From Deinococcota bacterium (GTDB lineage Bacteria > Deinococcota > Deinococci > Deinococcales > Thermaceae), in contig JBGFRI010000032.1 in the NCBI GenBank assembly GCA_041695225.1, positions 1-52,082 on the forward strand: a DNA stretch of 52,082 nucleotides, read 5' to 3'. This document shows, in pieces, positions 1 through 9,842 of the stretch. The translations under genes and the position numbers were made by a program. The notes beneath the pieces were generated by a model. That model did not search any database and had not been told where the DNA came from. It saw only the letters and a list, made by a program, of their open reading frames with translations. Numbering within the stretch: the stretch's first letter is position 1; each line of letters starts with the position of its first letter.

Positions 1-221
1 AGTTCCTCCGGATCAGGTCTCGCCGCGGCCCCAAGAAGGCCATCCTGGCCGTCGCGGCCTCGATGATCACCGCGGCCTACCACATGCTCCGCGACGGCGT
101 CGCCTATAAGGACCTGGGCCCTGATCACTTCGACCGGCTGGACAAGCCGAAGGCCATCACCCGCCTGGTCCGGCGGCTTAAGGATCTCGGCTGCGAGGTG
201 GAACTCAAGCATGTGGCCTGA
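1..221 (+). mobile_element. 3' end of IS110-family transposase (cut by window edge)
   Basis: Frame from nt 3 reads FLRIRSRRGPKKAILAVAASMITAAYHMLRDGVAYKDLGPDHFDRLDKPKAITRLVRRLKDLGCEVELKHVA* (TGA 219-221), a typical IS110 C-terminus; more GC3-rich than neighbouring host genes. Confidence 0.85.
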
Positions 222-233
222 TGCTTCATAAAA

Positions 234-292
234 GTCAATAGTCAATAGACCATAGACAATAGACCATAGACAGTAAACATTCGGCTATCGGC
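234..292. repeat. Degenerate heptamer tandem array
   Basis: GTCAATA GTCAATA GACCATA GACAATA GACCATA GACAGTA (234-275), then a short inverted arm TCGGCTATCGGC. Confidence 0.9.
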
Positions 293-318
293 GAGACCAA
301 GGGTATGATTTTCCCGGT

Positions 319-1827
319 ATGCGTGCGCTGTTATCGGTATCGAACAAGACGGGTCTGGTGGAGTTTGCCAGGGGTTTGGCCGAGCTAGGGTTTGAGCTGG
401 TTTCTACGGGCGGAACCCTCAAGACGCTAGAGTCGGCTGGGCTGGCCGTGAGCTACGTGTCCGAGGTGACGGGCTTTCCCGAAATTCTGGACGGGCGGGT
501 CAAAACCCTGCACCCCCGCATTCACGCCGGATTGCTGGCAACCACAAGCCCCCAGCACGAAGCCGAGCTGCAAACCCACCACCTGACCCGGATAGACCTG
601 CTCTGCGTTAGCCTTTATCCGTTTCGCGAGACGCTTGAGCGAGGGGCTTCATTTGAAGACTGTCTCGAGAGCATTGACATCGGCGGGCCGGCCATGCTGC
701 GGGCTGCGGCCAAAAACCACGCGGCGGTGCTGCCGGTGTGCGACCCGGCCGACTACCAGACCGTGCTAAACGCGCTGCGGACGGGCATTAGCGGCGAGTT
801 CCGCCGTCAGCTGGCCTTCAAAGCCTTTGCCCACACCGCAGCCTACGACGCCGCCATCTCGGAGTTTTTGGCCTTTGAGAAATTCCCCAAGACCAAGCTG
901 CTAACCCTGCAGCGACTGCCCGAGCTGGAGCTGCGCTATGGCGAAAACCCCCACCAGGAAGCAGCTTTGTATGACCTTGAAGGCCAGACCGGCCCCGTGG
1001 TCCACGCCCGGGTCCTGGCCGGAAAACCGATGGGCTTCAACAACTATGCCGATGCCGATGCAGCCTGGGGTCTGGTCTCGGAGTTTGAGCTGCCCGCCTG
1101 CGTGGTGGTCAAACATGCCAACCCGTGCGGGGCGGCCCTGGCCGATAACCCCAGGGCTGCCTGGGAACGCGCCCGCGATGCCGATACCCTCTCGGTGTTT
1201 GGGGGGGTGGCAGCCCTGAACCGCCCGGTGGACCTGGAGACTGCCATGGCAATGCGCGGAACCTTTCTCGAGGTACTCATTGCCTCCGAGGTGAGCCCCG
1301 AAGCCCTGGAATGGTTCCAGAACAAAAAACCCGATCTACGGGTGCTGGTGGCCGCCCGCCAAGACGCCGATAGCCTCGAGTTCCGCCCCCTGGTTGGGGG
1401 CTTTCTGGCGCAGGATCGCGACTTTAGGCGCTGGGAGGAGCTGGACCTTAGCTACGTTACTGAGCGCATCCCCACCCCGCAGGAACTGCTCGACCTAAAG
1501 TTTGCCTGGTACGTGGGCAAGCACACCCGTTCCAACAATGTGGTGCTGGCCAAAGACGGCGTAACGGCGGGCCTGGGCACCGGCGCGGTGAGCCGTATCT
1601 GGGCCGCCGAGCGGGCTATCCAGAATGCAGGCGAAAAGGCCAGAGGGGCGGTTTTGTCCTCCGAGGCTTTCTTTCCTTTCGACGATGTAGTACGGGCTGC
1701 TGCTCTAGCTGGGGTGACGGCCATCGTGCAGCCTGGCGGAGCTAAGCGTGACCAGGAGGTAATCGCGGCCTGCAACCAACTTGGGGTGGCCATGATTTTT
1801 ACCGGGTCGCGGCATTTCAAGCACTAA
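319..1827 (+). CDS. purH: Bifunctional AICAR transformylase/IMP cyclohydrolase
   Basis: RALLSVSNKTG, GRVKTLHP, IDIGGP, LRYGENPHQ, FFPFDD and TGSRHFKH motifs. Confidence 0.97.
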   Translation: MRALLSVSNKTGLVEFARGLAELGFELVSTGGTLKTLESAGLAVSYVSEVTGFPEILDGRVKTLHPRIHAGLLATTSPQHEAELQTHHLTRIDLLCVSLYPFRETLERGASFEDCLESIDIGGPAMLRAAAKNHAAVLPVCDPADYQTVLNALRTGISGEFRRQLAFKAFAHTAAYDAAISEFLAFEKFPKTKLLTLQRLPELELRYGENPHQEAALYDLEGQTGPVVHARVLAGKPMGFNNYADADAAWGLVSEFELPACVVVKHANPCGAALADNPRAAWERARDADTLSVFGGVAALNRPVDLETAMAMRGTFLEVLIASEVSPEALEWFQNKKPDLRVLVAARQDADSLEFRPLVGGFLAQDRDFRRWEELDLSYVTERIPTPQELLDLKFAWYVGKHTRSNNVVLAKDGVTAGLGTGAVSRIWAAERAIQNAGEKARGAVLSSEAFFPFDDVVRAAALAGVTAIVQPGGAKRDQEVIAACNQLGVAMIFTGSRHFKH

Positions 1828-2176
1828 CCTGGACCTGAACCACGCAGAACCGGTTACCGTCCGGGTCGGCCAGCACCACGTAGTCGGCCCCTGGCTCGTA
1901 GCGCCAGTCCACCCGCTCTGCCCCCAAACCCAGCAGGCGCTCGACTTCGGCTGCCTGGTCGGCGGCGAACAGGTCAAGGTGGTGACGGCGGTGGGTGTGG
2001 GCGTCAGATGTGACTAGCTTGAGCGATAGCTGTAGTCCCGGTCCCTCCCTGGGCACCAGCATTGCCCAGTCCTCGGAAGGCTCGCGCGCTAACCTGTAGT
2101 TGAGGGCTTCGCTCCAGAAGCTAACCGCGCGTGGCAAATCCCTAACTCCCCAGACAACTGACCCAATTCTCAGCAT
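1817..2176 (-). CDS. VOC/glyoxalase family protein
   Basis: FWSEALNY, HHLDL, LLGLGA and VLADPDGNRFCVV motifs. Confidence 0.9.
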   Translation of the reverse strand: MLRIGSVVWGVRDLPRAVSFWSEALNYRLAREPSEDWAMLVPREGPGLQLSLKLVTSDAHTHRRHHLDLFAADQAAEVERLLGLGAERVDWRYEPGADYVVLADPDGNRFCVVQVQVSA

Positions 2177-2463
2177 GGCTCAATTATCGCCAGGCTGAGC
2201 CTAAGATGCTAGGTGACAAGCCAGCAGACTAACCGGGTAGAGCTGGTGGTGGGAAAATGTCTTAAGGTCGCTTTGGTCCGCGAGATCACCCCGGCACGCT
2301 GGCCCACCCTGTGAGGATCAGCTAAGGGCACGTCACCAGAGCCGGCCACGAGATCGGATAAAGCTTTAGCAACCACAGCTCGGGGCACGCTGGCAGGCCC
2401 CAGAGGGTTGTCGAAGGTGAACTTTACTTCGCAATCAATATCATAGCGGGACAAAGAACAAGT

Positions 2464-3360
2464 CTAGGCTACCTGGGGTCCGGGTTTCATCCGGCTGCGG
2501 AAAACCAGACCGACCCCCAGGAGCACCAGCATAGCGCCAACCAGGGTCCAAATCCCGATGGATTCCTGCAAAAATGCCCAACCAAGCAAGAGTGCAATTA
2601 CTGGATTAACGTAGGCATAGGTGGTTACCAGGCTCAGGGGCAACAGCCGTACCGCAAAGATGTATGAGGTATAGGCAATCAGTGATCCAAAGATGATCAG
2701 GTAGAGGTTGGCGGCCCAGCCTGCCGCCGTAGGAGTGTGCCAGTCCTCGCCCAGCAAAGGTGAGAGCAGCAAGAAGCCCAATCCGGCAAAAAGCTGTTGG
2801 TACCCCGAGATGACGACGGGCTCGAGCCTGGGACTGCTTCGCTGGGTGTAGAGGGTTCCGGTGGCCCAGAAGAGTGGCGAGATGAAGAGCAGAATAAAGG
2901 CCAGGACGCTGGTTGGGCTGCCTTCACCGAGTTTGGGCACATTCAGGATCAGGATGCCCAGTAGACCCATCAGGAGGCCCACGGTCAGCCATCCAGGAGG
3001 CCGTTTGCGGTTTACTAAGCCCTCCAGAATTGCCATCCAGATGGGGGTGGTGGAGATCATCAGGGCCACATAACCCGAAGGTACATACTGGGTGGCCACC
3101 AGAATCAAACCGTTGCCACCAATCCACAGCACGGTTCCCGACAGCGCCAGCATCCCCATTTCTGGCCAGCTCAAGCGTACCTGCCAGCGTTGCCATACCG
3201 CAAACCCCAGCAGAAGCAGCGCAGCCGGGATGAAGCGCGTAGCCCCCATCCAGAAGGGCTCAAAACCGTTGCTGACACCTATTTTGAAAGCCAGGTAGGT
3301 GCTGCTCCAGACCAGGTAGACCACCACCAGGTGAAAGAGGCCAGCGCGGGAGAGGGGCAT
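2464..3360 (-). CDS. EamA/DMT family transporter
   Basis: About 10 hydrophobic segments; VYLVWSSTYLA, FGSLIAY and YAYVNPVIALLLG motifs. Confidence 0.92.
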   Translation of the reverse strand: MPLSRAGLFHLVVVYLVWSSTYLAFKIGVSNGFEPFWMGATRFIPAALLLLGFAVWQRWQVRLSWPEMGMLALSGTVLWIGGNGLILVATQYVPSGYVALMISTTPIWMAILEGLVNRKRPPGWLTVGLLMGLLGILILNVPKLGEGSPTSVLAFILLFISPLFWATGTLYTQRSSPRLEPVVISGYQQLFAGLGFLLLSPLLGEDWHTPTAAGWAANLYLIIFGSLIAYTSYIFAVRLLPLSLVTTYAYVNPVIALLLGWAFLQESIGIWTLVGAMLVLLGVGLVFRSRMKPGPQVA

Positions 3361-3455
3361 GTTGGGGGGAATAGTTTGGAGCTCAGGATGCTAGGCAGAG
3401 GGTTGGAGCAGCGGGTACTTGGCCTTAAGCTTTGGACTTTCGGCCCGATACTGCT

Positions 3456-4109
3456 TCAAAATAGCGACTCCTGACGGATGGTCTTGATCTCGACCTCTTG
3501 CTTTGGGCAAAGCTCATCGAGGGTTTTCTTGACCAGTAAGATGTCCTGCCAGGTGAGGTGTTTTGGGCTACCCGCTTCGCGCGAAGCATTTCGCAGCAGA
3601 TAAGCGGGGTGGAACATCGGGAGTATTTTGATACCCTGCCAATCGAAAAACTTTCCCCGCACTTTGGTGATGGGGAGCTTCTCACCGGCGAAGAACTCGA
3701 GCGCCGTGGCGCCCAGGGGGATGATGATCTGCGGCTTGATGAGCTGAATTTGCCTGTTCAGCCATAGCGATGTGCAGACTCTGGCCTCCAGCGGCTCGGG
3801 AGCCCGGTTTTGTGGCGGACGACACTTTACGATGTTGGCGATATAAACACTCTGGCGGGGAATTCCGGCAGCCTCGAGGATTTTGTCGAGCAACTGCCCA
3901 CTGCGTCCGACAAAAGGCCGTCCCTGCAAATCTTCTTCTTCGCCGGGGCCTTCGCCCACAATCATCAGCCTGGCATCTGGATTGCCCTCACCAAATACCA
4001 CCTGGGAACGGCTTTTTGATAGGCCACAGGCCACACAGGCTTTGGCTTGGGCCCCAAGGAGTTCTAAGTTCATAAACTGAGATTTCACCGCCGAAGAAGG
4101 GTTTTTCAA
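3456..4109 (-). CDS. udg: Family-4 uracil-DNA glycosylase (start may be ATG 4073)
   Basis: CxxC Fe-S cysteines, GEGPG, GRPFVG, KCRPPQNR and FHPAYLLR motifs. Confidence 0.93.
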   Translation of the reverse strand: MKNPSSAVKSQFMNLELLGAQAKACVACGLSKSRSQVVFGEGNPDARLMIVGEGPGEEEDLQGRPFVGRSGQLLDKILEAAGIPRQSVYIANIVKCRPPQNRAPEPLEARVCTSLWLNRQIQLIKPQIIIPLGATALEFFAGEKLPITKVRGKFFDWQGIKILPMFHPAYLLRNASREAGSPKHLTWQDILLVKKTLDELCPKQEVEIKTIRQESLF

Positions 4110-4133
4110 GCGGCCGGCAGTAACGGTTATAGG

Positions 4134-4508
4134 CTAGTGCCTCTGAATTGGTTTACGGGCTTTGCGTGCCTCCCGGCGAACCTTGGGGTCAAGACCAATC
4201 ATCAGGAAAAAGTTTTCGAGCGCGTTTTCCTGACCCTTGATCTCGGGGTGCGCATCCTCGGCCGTCCCGGTTACGAAGGGCAACTCTTGATACAGCTCCA
4301 AGGCCTGTCCTACCACGGCGTCGGGGCCTTCGGCCTCGGCTACCTCGGCCAGTTTGGCATAAATTTCACGCCGGGCCTCGGCGTGCTGGCGAAAGATATC
4401 GGGGTTCGGTGTCTCCGGCGCTCGAAGAACATCCTGCTTAGCGATACGACGATAGTGTTTCAGGCCGCGCACAATTTCTTCGGTGGAGAGCGTCACCTTG
4501 TACTCCAT
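4134..4508 (-). CDS. Hypothetical protein (124 aa), probably co-transcribed with udg
   Basis: ATG 4508 preceded by AAAGGAG RBS; host-like codon usage. Confidence 0.85.
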   Translation of the reverse strand: MEYKVTLSTEEIVRGLKHYRRIAKQDVLRAPETPNPDIFRQHAEARREIYAKLAEVAEAEGPDAVVGQALELYQELPFVTGTAEDAHPEIKGQENALENFFLMIGLDPKVRREARKARKPIQRH

Positions 4509-4564
4509 CCTTGCTCCTTTCAACGCAAAACCCTTTTAGGATAAAGGTTGATTCTACCAATGTG

Positions 4565-4594
4565 ATTATAGGATTCACAAAAAAGGAGTGTCAA
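4565..4594 (-). promoter_or_regulatory. Consensus sigma70 promoter
   Basis: Minus strand TTGACA (4594-4589), 18-bp spacer, TATAAT (4570-4565). Confidence 0.8.
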
Positions 4595-4782
4595 CGTAAC
4601 AGTGTTTGTTTGTAAACTAGACAACTGGTAGTAACGTGCAGCACACTGCAAATTGAAGACACCATCAAACCCGAAAGTGTAGACGCCCGGTAATTTGAGA
4701 TATGTTAACACCTGGTGAGAAGCCACCCCGGACACAACACATAAACTGACGGCAGCTATTAGCTGCTTTAGCCGGCAGCACT

Positions 4783-5274
4783 CTAAAAACGACGTTTGCG
4801 CTGAGGCGATATCAACAGCAGTATAACTCCTACCACTATACAAGCATCGGCCATATTCCAGATGGGGAAATTGTCCAGAATGGCCAGCCCGGTGCGGTTG
4901 ATGTCCATATAGTCCACAACCCAGCCATGGCCCAGCCGGTCTATGGCATTGCCCAGTGCCCCAGCCGCAATCAGGGACAGGGAGACCTGGCCTAGCAGCG
5001 ATACCCGGCGGTGGCTCACGCTCAGGTAAAGCAAAATGCCAATGCCTACAATCAGGCTCACCCAGACCAGAATGCGGGCGCCCCCCTGAAAGAGGCCAAA
5101 GGCCGCGCCGGTGTTTTTGACAAAGGTGGCGTCAAAAATCCAGAACAAATTAGTCAAGAAAACGGCGCCAACCCCAGGGTCGAAGATGCGGGGGCCAACA
5201 GCCCAAAGCACTAACAGTTTTATGGCCTGGTCGGCAACAATCAGGGCAGGAACCAGCCATGTGGCAATGCTCAT
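4783..5274 (-). CDS. lspA: Lipoprotein signal peptidase II
   Basis: DQAIK, NTGAAFG, GALGNAIDR, VVDY and WNMAD motifs. Confidence 0.95.
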   Translation of the reverse strand: MSIATWLVPALIVADQAIKLLVLWAVGPRIFDPGVGAVFLTNLFWIFDATFVKNTGAAFGLFQGGARILVWVSLIVGIGILLYLSVSHRRVSLLGQVSLSLIAAGALGNAIDRLGHGWVVDYMDINRTGLAILDNFPIWNMADACIVVGVILLLISPQRKRRF

Positions 5275-5422
5275 AGATTAATCACCCCCATCCTCGGCCA
5301 CTCCGTTGCTCGATCTATACCGCAGGGCAGTCTAGCACGGCAGCGTGAGGGTATGTTATACTTGTTGCCGTTGCCCTGAAACAAGGGGCTGTTCCCCTGT
5401 GTTGGCAGATAGGAGTCCTGAG

Positions 5423-5719
5423 ATGTCGAAGATCTGTGAAATTAGCGGTAAGCGCCCCACAGTAGCCTACAGCATCATCACCCGTGGTAAGGCCAAGCGC
5501 GAGGGTGGGGTGGGTAAGAAAATCACCGGCTATACCAAGCACTGGCAGGAACCCAACCTGCGCCGAGTAACTGTAACGGTGGCCGGGCAGTCTATCACTT
5601 TCCGCGTCGCCAACAGCCACGCCCACAAGGTATATGAACTGGTCGAGCGCTCAAAAGGCATGCAGCTCGATGGCCTCACTGCCAAGCAGATCAAAAACCG
5701 CCTATTGAATCTGCTCTGA
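5423..5719 (+). CDS. rpmB: 50S ribosomal protein L28
   Basis: MSKICEISGKRP...RGKAKREGGVGKKITG...PNL, the Thermus-type L28; AGGAG RBS. Confidence 0.95.
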   Translation: MSKICEISGKRPTVAYSIITRGKAKREGGVGKKITGYTKHWQEPNLRRVTVTVAGQSITFRVANSHAHKVYELVERSKGMQLDGLTAKQIKNRLLNLL

Positions 5720-5754
5720 GCTTAGATTTAGCATGGAGACCAATTCTTTGGCCC

Positions 5755-6012
5755 CTATTTTTTGAGCCAGTAGCGAATTTTCAATGAGGCCCCATTTCCC
5801 TTTGGGGGCGCAGATAAGATTTGGTCACTTGGCCTCATAATACTACGCATCACACTACAACAGGTGGGCATGCGGTGGTCTTTCCCGGGATACCCTCCTA
5901 CTAATCTGTGCAATTCCCCTGCGGCCAGTTCCAGATACTGCCTTTTTTGTTCCTCGGCATCAAGTAGAATTGAATTTAGAGCAACTCGAAAGTCGTGAGC
6001 CTTTGGAGCCAT
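5755..6012 (-). CDS. Small accessory protein (85 aa) with GGYPGxxHRMPTCC motif
   Basis: AAAGGAGG RBS before ATG 6012; AT-richer than flanks; I recall this motif as a small domain found alone or fused to HNH nucleases. Confidence 0.75.
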   Translation of the reverse strand: MAPKAHDFRVALNSILLDAEEQKRQYLELAAGELHRLVGGYPGKDHRMPTCCSVMRSIMRPSDQILSAPPKGNGASLKIRYWLKK

Positions 6013-6191
6013 GCTTTTTCCTCCTTTGACCGGTAATGTAGCACGAATTGCCAAGTACTGTCACTGTTTGCAGTGGGGGGTGACTTATCCCCTCGCGCAG
6101 GTCAAAAAGCAAGATGTTTCACCCACATCACATTATGGAGTTAAGGCGCGCGGTAGACCGAAACAGTTTTGACTTGGCATAGAATAAAACT

Positions 6192-6905
6192 ATGCCGATC
6201 AAGCCCGGTTGGATACTGCTGGCCCTGGTGACGCTGGTCGCGTTGTGGCAGACCGCCCAGCTATCCAGCACCCGTCGGCAGGTGGCGGAGTTGCAGTCCG
6301 AAATGAGCAGGCTGCGGCAAGAACTGCAAAAAGGGCCTGGTGGCTTTAGTTTGCCGTTGCCGGGAGCCTGTTTGCCCAAAACCAATAGCAACTTACCCGG
6401 AGCACCCCGCGAATACCGTAGAGGAACCAGCCCTGGCTTTGTTTTTACTGGGGACGACGCATGTGTTCCGGTGCGATTTGGGCTGGGCGTAGTAGCAGCA
6501 GCCGGGGGCGAAGTGATCAAGGCCGAGACCAACTACCAGGAGATGACACGCTCGGAGTTCGATGCCCTGATTCGGGCGGTCGCCCGTGGGGCCAGCCCTG
6601 AGCAGATGGGCAGGCTGCGCGGGCGTGAGGTCTGGATTCGCCATCCCGACGGCTTTACCACGGTGTATGCCCATCTTTCCGAGATTGCGCCGGGCATAAG
6701 GCCTGGTAGCAGGGTCTGGAAGGGTCAGTGGATTGGGCGGGTAGGCAACAGCGGTACCGAGTGGGCGCTGAGGGGCACCAACGCGGGGGCGCGGCTACTG
6801 TTTGAGCTGTGGGACGGTGAGCCCGACAAGGACACACATTTTGGCCAGGGCCTGGCCCCCGAGGCAGTGCGGGCCAGGGGAAAGCTGACGTTTGGCTTGC
6901 CCTGA
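6192..6905 (+). CDS. M23 family metallopeptidase
   Basis: N-terminal membrane anchor; TTVYAHL and GRVGNSG motifs. Confidence 0.85.
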   Translation: MPIKPGWILLALVTLVALWQTAQLSSTRRQVAELQSEMSRLRQELQKGPGGFSLPLPGACLPKTNSNLPGAPREYRRGTSPGFVFTGDDACVPVRFGLGVVAAAGGEVIKAETNYQEMTRSEFDALIRAVARGASPEQMGRLRGREVWIRHPDGFTTVYAHLSEIAPGIRPGSRVWKGQWIGRVGNSGTEWALRGTNAGARLLFELWDGEPDKDTHFGQGLAPEAVRARGKLTFGLP

Positions 6906-6938
6906 AGCTTTAAATGGCGGTTGCTGTATCGTATTTGC

Positions 6939-8048
6939 ATGCGTCGGGATATAGCCGAGATCTGGAAACTGCTGTGGGTACGAATTGCGGTATATGCGAT
7001 TCTGATCTACCTGCTAATTCTGCTTTTGGGATGGGTTTTTGGAGGGGCACGGGCAGCCATTGTTACCCTGTTGATGGCCTTTGTGTTTGCTTACATTACC
7101 CATCCGATTGTGCGGGCCTTCGAGCGCCGCAAAGTACCCCGCTTTATAGCAGTACTGCTGGTCTATCTGGGGTTTGGCCTGGTGCTCGCGCTGGCCTCGT
7201 TGCTGATTGCCGATATGGCCTCCGCCCTGGCGCGGCTTGCGGGCGACCTGCCACGTATCCTGGCTCCGCTTTTACTCTGGGTCGAGAAGCTGCCCGCACA
7301 GATTGGACAGCTCGAGGTTCCCCCGGCTTTTGAGGAGGTCTTTGCCCAGGCTGCCCTGGGACTGCAGACCCTTCTGCAGAACTTCGTGCAGACCTTGCTC
7401 GGTTTCCTGCAGACCCTTTTAGCCGAGGGGGGCAACCTGGTAGGTTTCCTGGCCTTCCTGGTTGGAGGTGCGTTACAACTAATTGCTGCGCTGATCATCT
7501 CAATTTATCTGCTTTACGACCTGCCTAAAATCTCCCAGACCTTTTTGCAGGCGGTGCCGCTGCCGTACCAGCCGCTGGTAAGTGATATCGGCAATAAACT
7601 GGAACGGGCTGTGGGGGGGTACCTGCGGGGACAGATACTGGTAGCTATGGCGGTCGGCCTGATTATAGCGGCAGGGCTCTGGATCTTTGGGGTGCCGCTG
7701 GCGGTGCCGCTGGGTTTCCTGGCGGCGGTTTTCAATATTATCCCGTACGTGGGAGTGATTGTCTCCACCGTTCCGGCGATGCTTATGGCGCTTACCGTTG
7801 GCTGGCCACAGGTGCTGGCGGTGCTGGGAGTGGTGGTGTTTGCCAACCAGCTCGAGGCCCATGTCCTCGGCCCACGAATTCTCAGTAGGACCACCGCCCT
7901 GCACCCGGTAAGCGTGATTGGGGCCCTGCTGGTGGGTGCGGGCCTGTATGGCCTGATTGGCGCGCTGCTGGCCGTTCCACTGCTGGCTTTCTTAAAAGCA
8001 GTCTATACCGAGTTCTACCTCACCAGCAAGTTCTACAAAGAAGGCTGA
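6939..8048 (+). CDS. AI-2E/PerM family transporter
   Basis: GGYLRGQ, FNIIPYVG, QLEAHVLGP, LHPV and GALLAVP motifs. Confidence 0.92.
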   Translation: MRRDIAEIWKLLWVRIAVYAILIYLLILLLGWVFGGARAAIVTLLMAFVFAYITHPIVRAFERRKVPRFIAVLLVYLGFGLVLALASLLIADMASALARLAGDLPRILAPLLLWVEKLPAQIGQLEVPPAFEEVFAQAALGLQTLLQNFVQTLLGFLQTLLAEGGNLVGFLAFLVGGALQLIAALIISIYLLYDLPKISQTFLQAVPLPYQPLVSDIGNKLERAVGGYLRGQILVAMAVGLIIAAGLWIFGVPLAVPLGFLAAVFNIIPYVGVIVSTVPAMLMALTVGWPQVLAVLGVVVFANQLEAHVLGPRILSRTTALHPVSVIGALLVGAGLYGLIGALLAVPLLAFLKAVYTEFYLTSKFYKEG

Positions 8049-8320
8049 TGCGGGCACGATACAGCATTCCCACAAATCATCATCATTTTCGTGGTCATTG
8101 CTTTTTTCTACTGCCGCTCTGACGACCCTTCGACTGGCCCAGGAGCAGGCCTGAGGCGCATCTACCCAGAGATACCTGTGCAGATGGGCATTTGCTGGGC
8201 TGCTTGGATGCCTTTGGCGCCTTGCTTAGGCAAGACCAGCACCTGCGCCGTAACGCCTCGGCAATCATCATGAATACTCCCTGGCCGAAGTTGATATGAG
8301 CATTCCTTAACCCAGCCACT

Positions 8321-8938
8321 CTACGCAAGATTTTGGGCCAACCACTCCGTGGCGGCAATGAGCTCCTCGGGATAGAGCTGGTGGCCTCCCTGCTCCCAGC
8401 GCAGCTCGACCCTGGCCCCGGCCTGTTCCAGGCGGTCTGCTAGAGCCTTCACCCGCTGGCTGGGTGACCAGGCGTCCTGGGTTCCAGCAGCCAGAAAGGC
8501 GGCCTTTCCGGCCAGATTTGGGAGTGGCGCCACCTCCAGAGGCAGTACCGGACGGAGCAAAGCGGCTCCAGCCAGCACCTCGGGATGCAACAGCATCAAG
8601 GCCGCTGCCATATTCGCCCCGTTGGAATATCCCAGCCCGTACACCTTGCGGGCATCCAGGCCGTAAAGGTGGGTTGCATCCTGCACAAACTGGGCCAGGT
8701 CGGCCGCCTGGGCTTTGAGGTCTTGTTCGTCGAATATGCCCATTGCCCTGCGGCGAAAAAAGCGTGGGGCGCCGTTCTCGAGCACCTTCCCTCGAGGCGA
8801 AAGAATATTCGCCCCCGGAGCTAGCTGCCTGGCCATGGGCACCAGATCGTGTTCATTGCCGCCGGTTCCGTGTAGCACCAGTAGTGTGCTAGCCAGCCTG
8901 CCTCTTTCAAAATGGTGGACAAAAGTCAAGGGGGTCAC
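8321..8938 (-). CDS. Alpha/beta hydrolase (phospholipase/carboxylesterase, MhqD-like)
   Basis: LHGTGGNE, ENGAPRFFRR, GYSNGAN and GGHQL motifs. Confidence 0.92.
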   Translation of the reverse strand: MTPLTFVHHFERGRLASTLLVLHGTGGNEHDLVPMARQLAPGANILSPRGKVLENGAPRFFRRRAMGIFDEQDLKAQAADLAQFVQDATHLYGLDARKVYGLGYSNGANMAAALMLLHPEVLAGAALLRPVLPLEVAPLPNLAGKAAFLAAGTQDAWSPSQRVKALADRLEQAGARVELRWEQGGHQLYPEELIAATEWLAQNLA

Positions 8939-9158
8939 AGCAGTAATCCTTGTGTTGCACCCTCCTGGCTGTCAACTGCTTGGGGCTTCCGGAGTGTGCC
9001 TGACGTCGGACGGGTTCGGCATACGTTTGGGCTGAGCGGTGAGCGCTAGAAGACAAGCCCACGGGTCTGGCCTGTTAGGTGGAGTATATGGGCCAGTTCC
9101 GCCCACATCCAGACATCGCGCTTTAGCCCATTGCCGGCCGACCTGGGCGATGGGCGTT

Positions 9159-9707
9159 CTAGGTTCCAACGGGCTTTAGCTCTGAGTCGCCCACTATAAT
9201 CTGGGCCGGGTTACCTACGGCAATAGCTCCGGGTGGAACAGGTTTGGTAACCACCGCCCCAGCCCCAACCTTGGCGCCATCACCCACCTGGACTGGCCCC
9301 AGCACGGTGGCGTTGGCCCCCAGCAACACCTTGTTGCCAATGGTGGGATGGCGCTTTTCACGGGTGAAGCCGGTTCCCCCCAGGGTCACGCCGTGGTACA
9401 TCAAGACGTCGTCGCCGACCTCGGCGGTCTCGCCAATCACAATGCCCATCCCGTGGTCAATCACCACCCGCCTTCCTATACGTGCCGCAGGGTGGATCTC
9501 GACCCCGGTGAACATCCGCGTAAGGTGGGCCAGAATGCGCGCCAACAGCCTAAAGTTGGCTCTCCAGAGTCTGTGGTTGAGCCGGTGCATCCACAGTGCA
9601 TGCATCCCTGGGCTAAACAACACCGCCTCCAGAGCGCCCCTGGCCGCAGGATCTCTGTCCAGTACAGCCTGAACATCCTCCCTAAAACGATCCACTACTC
9701 TCAGCAT
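9159..9707 (-). CDS. cysE: Serine O-acetyltransferase
   Basis: RDPAAR, GVEIHP, IDHGMGIVIGETA and KRHPT hexapeptide motifs. Confidence 0.95.
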   Translation of the reverse strand: MLRVVDRFREDVQAVLDRDPAARGALEAVLFSPGMHALWMHRLNHRLWRANFRLLARILAHLTRMFTGVEIHPAARIGRRVVIDHGMGIVIGETAEVGDDVLMYHGVTLGGTGFTREKRHPTIGNKVLLGANATVLGPVQVGDGAKVGAGAVVTKPVPPGAIAVGNPAQIIVGDSELKPVGT

Positions 9708-9842
9708 CTCTAACCCTACCTTTACTATTGTGCGCTGTCAGGCTACAAAAAGCCATGCCAGGAAACATAGCGTCTATATCACTAAAATGCCTAATCGCCC
9801 GACCCCGCCGGGTCGCTATCCCCCATAATGACCTGGACAAGC

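Noticed and set aside
2209..2454. 81-aa ORF with an 11-bp repeat GGCACGCTGGC
   Set aside because: TTG start without RBS, no motif, and the GC-rich repeat is compatible with chance
8049..8290. Short minus-strand ORF with a GGGAG RBS
   Set aside because: The product is not protein-like; it may be a decayed gene but I cannot assign it
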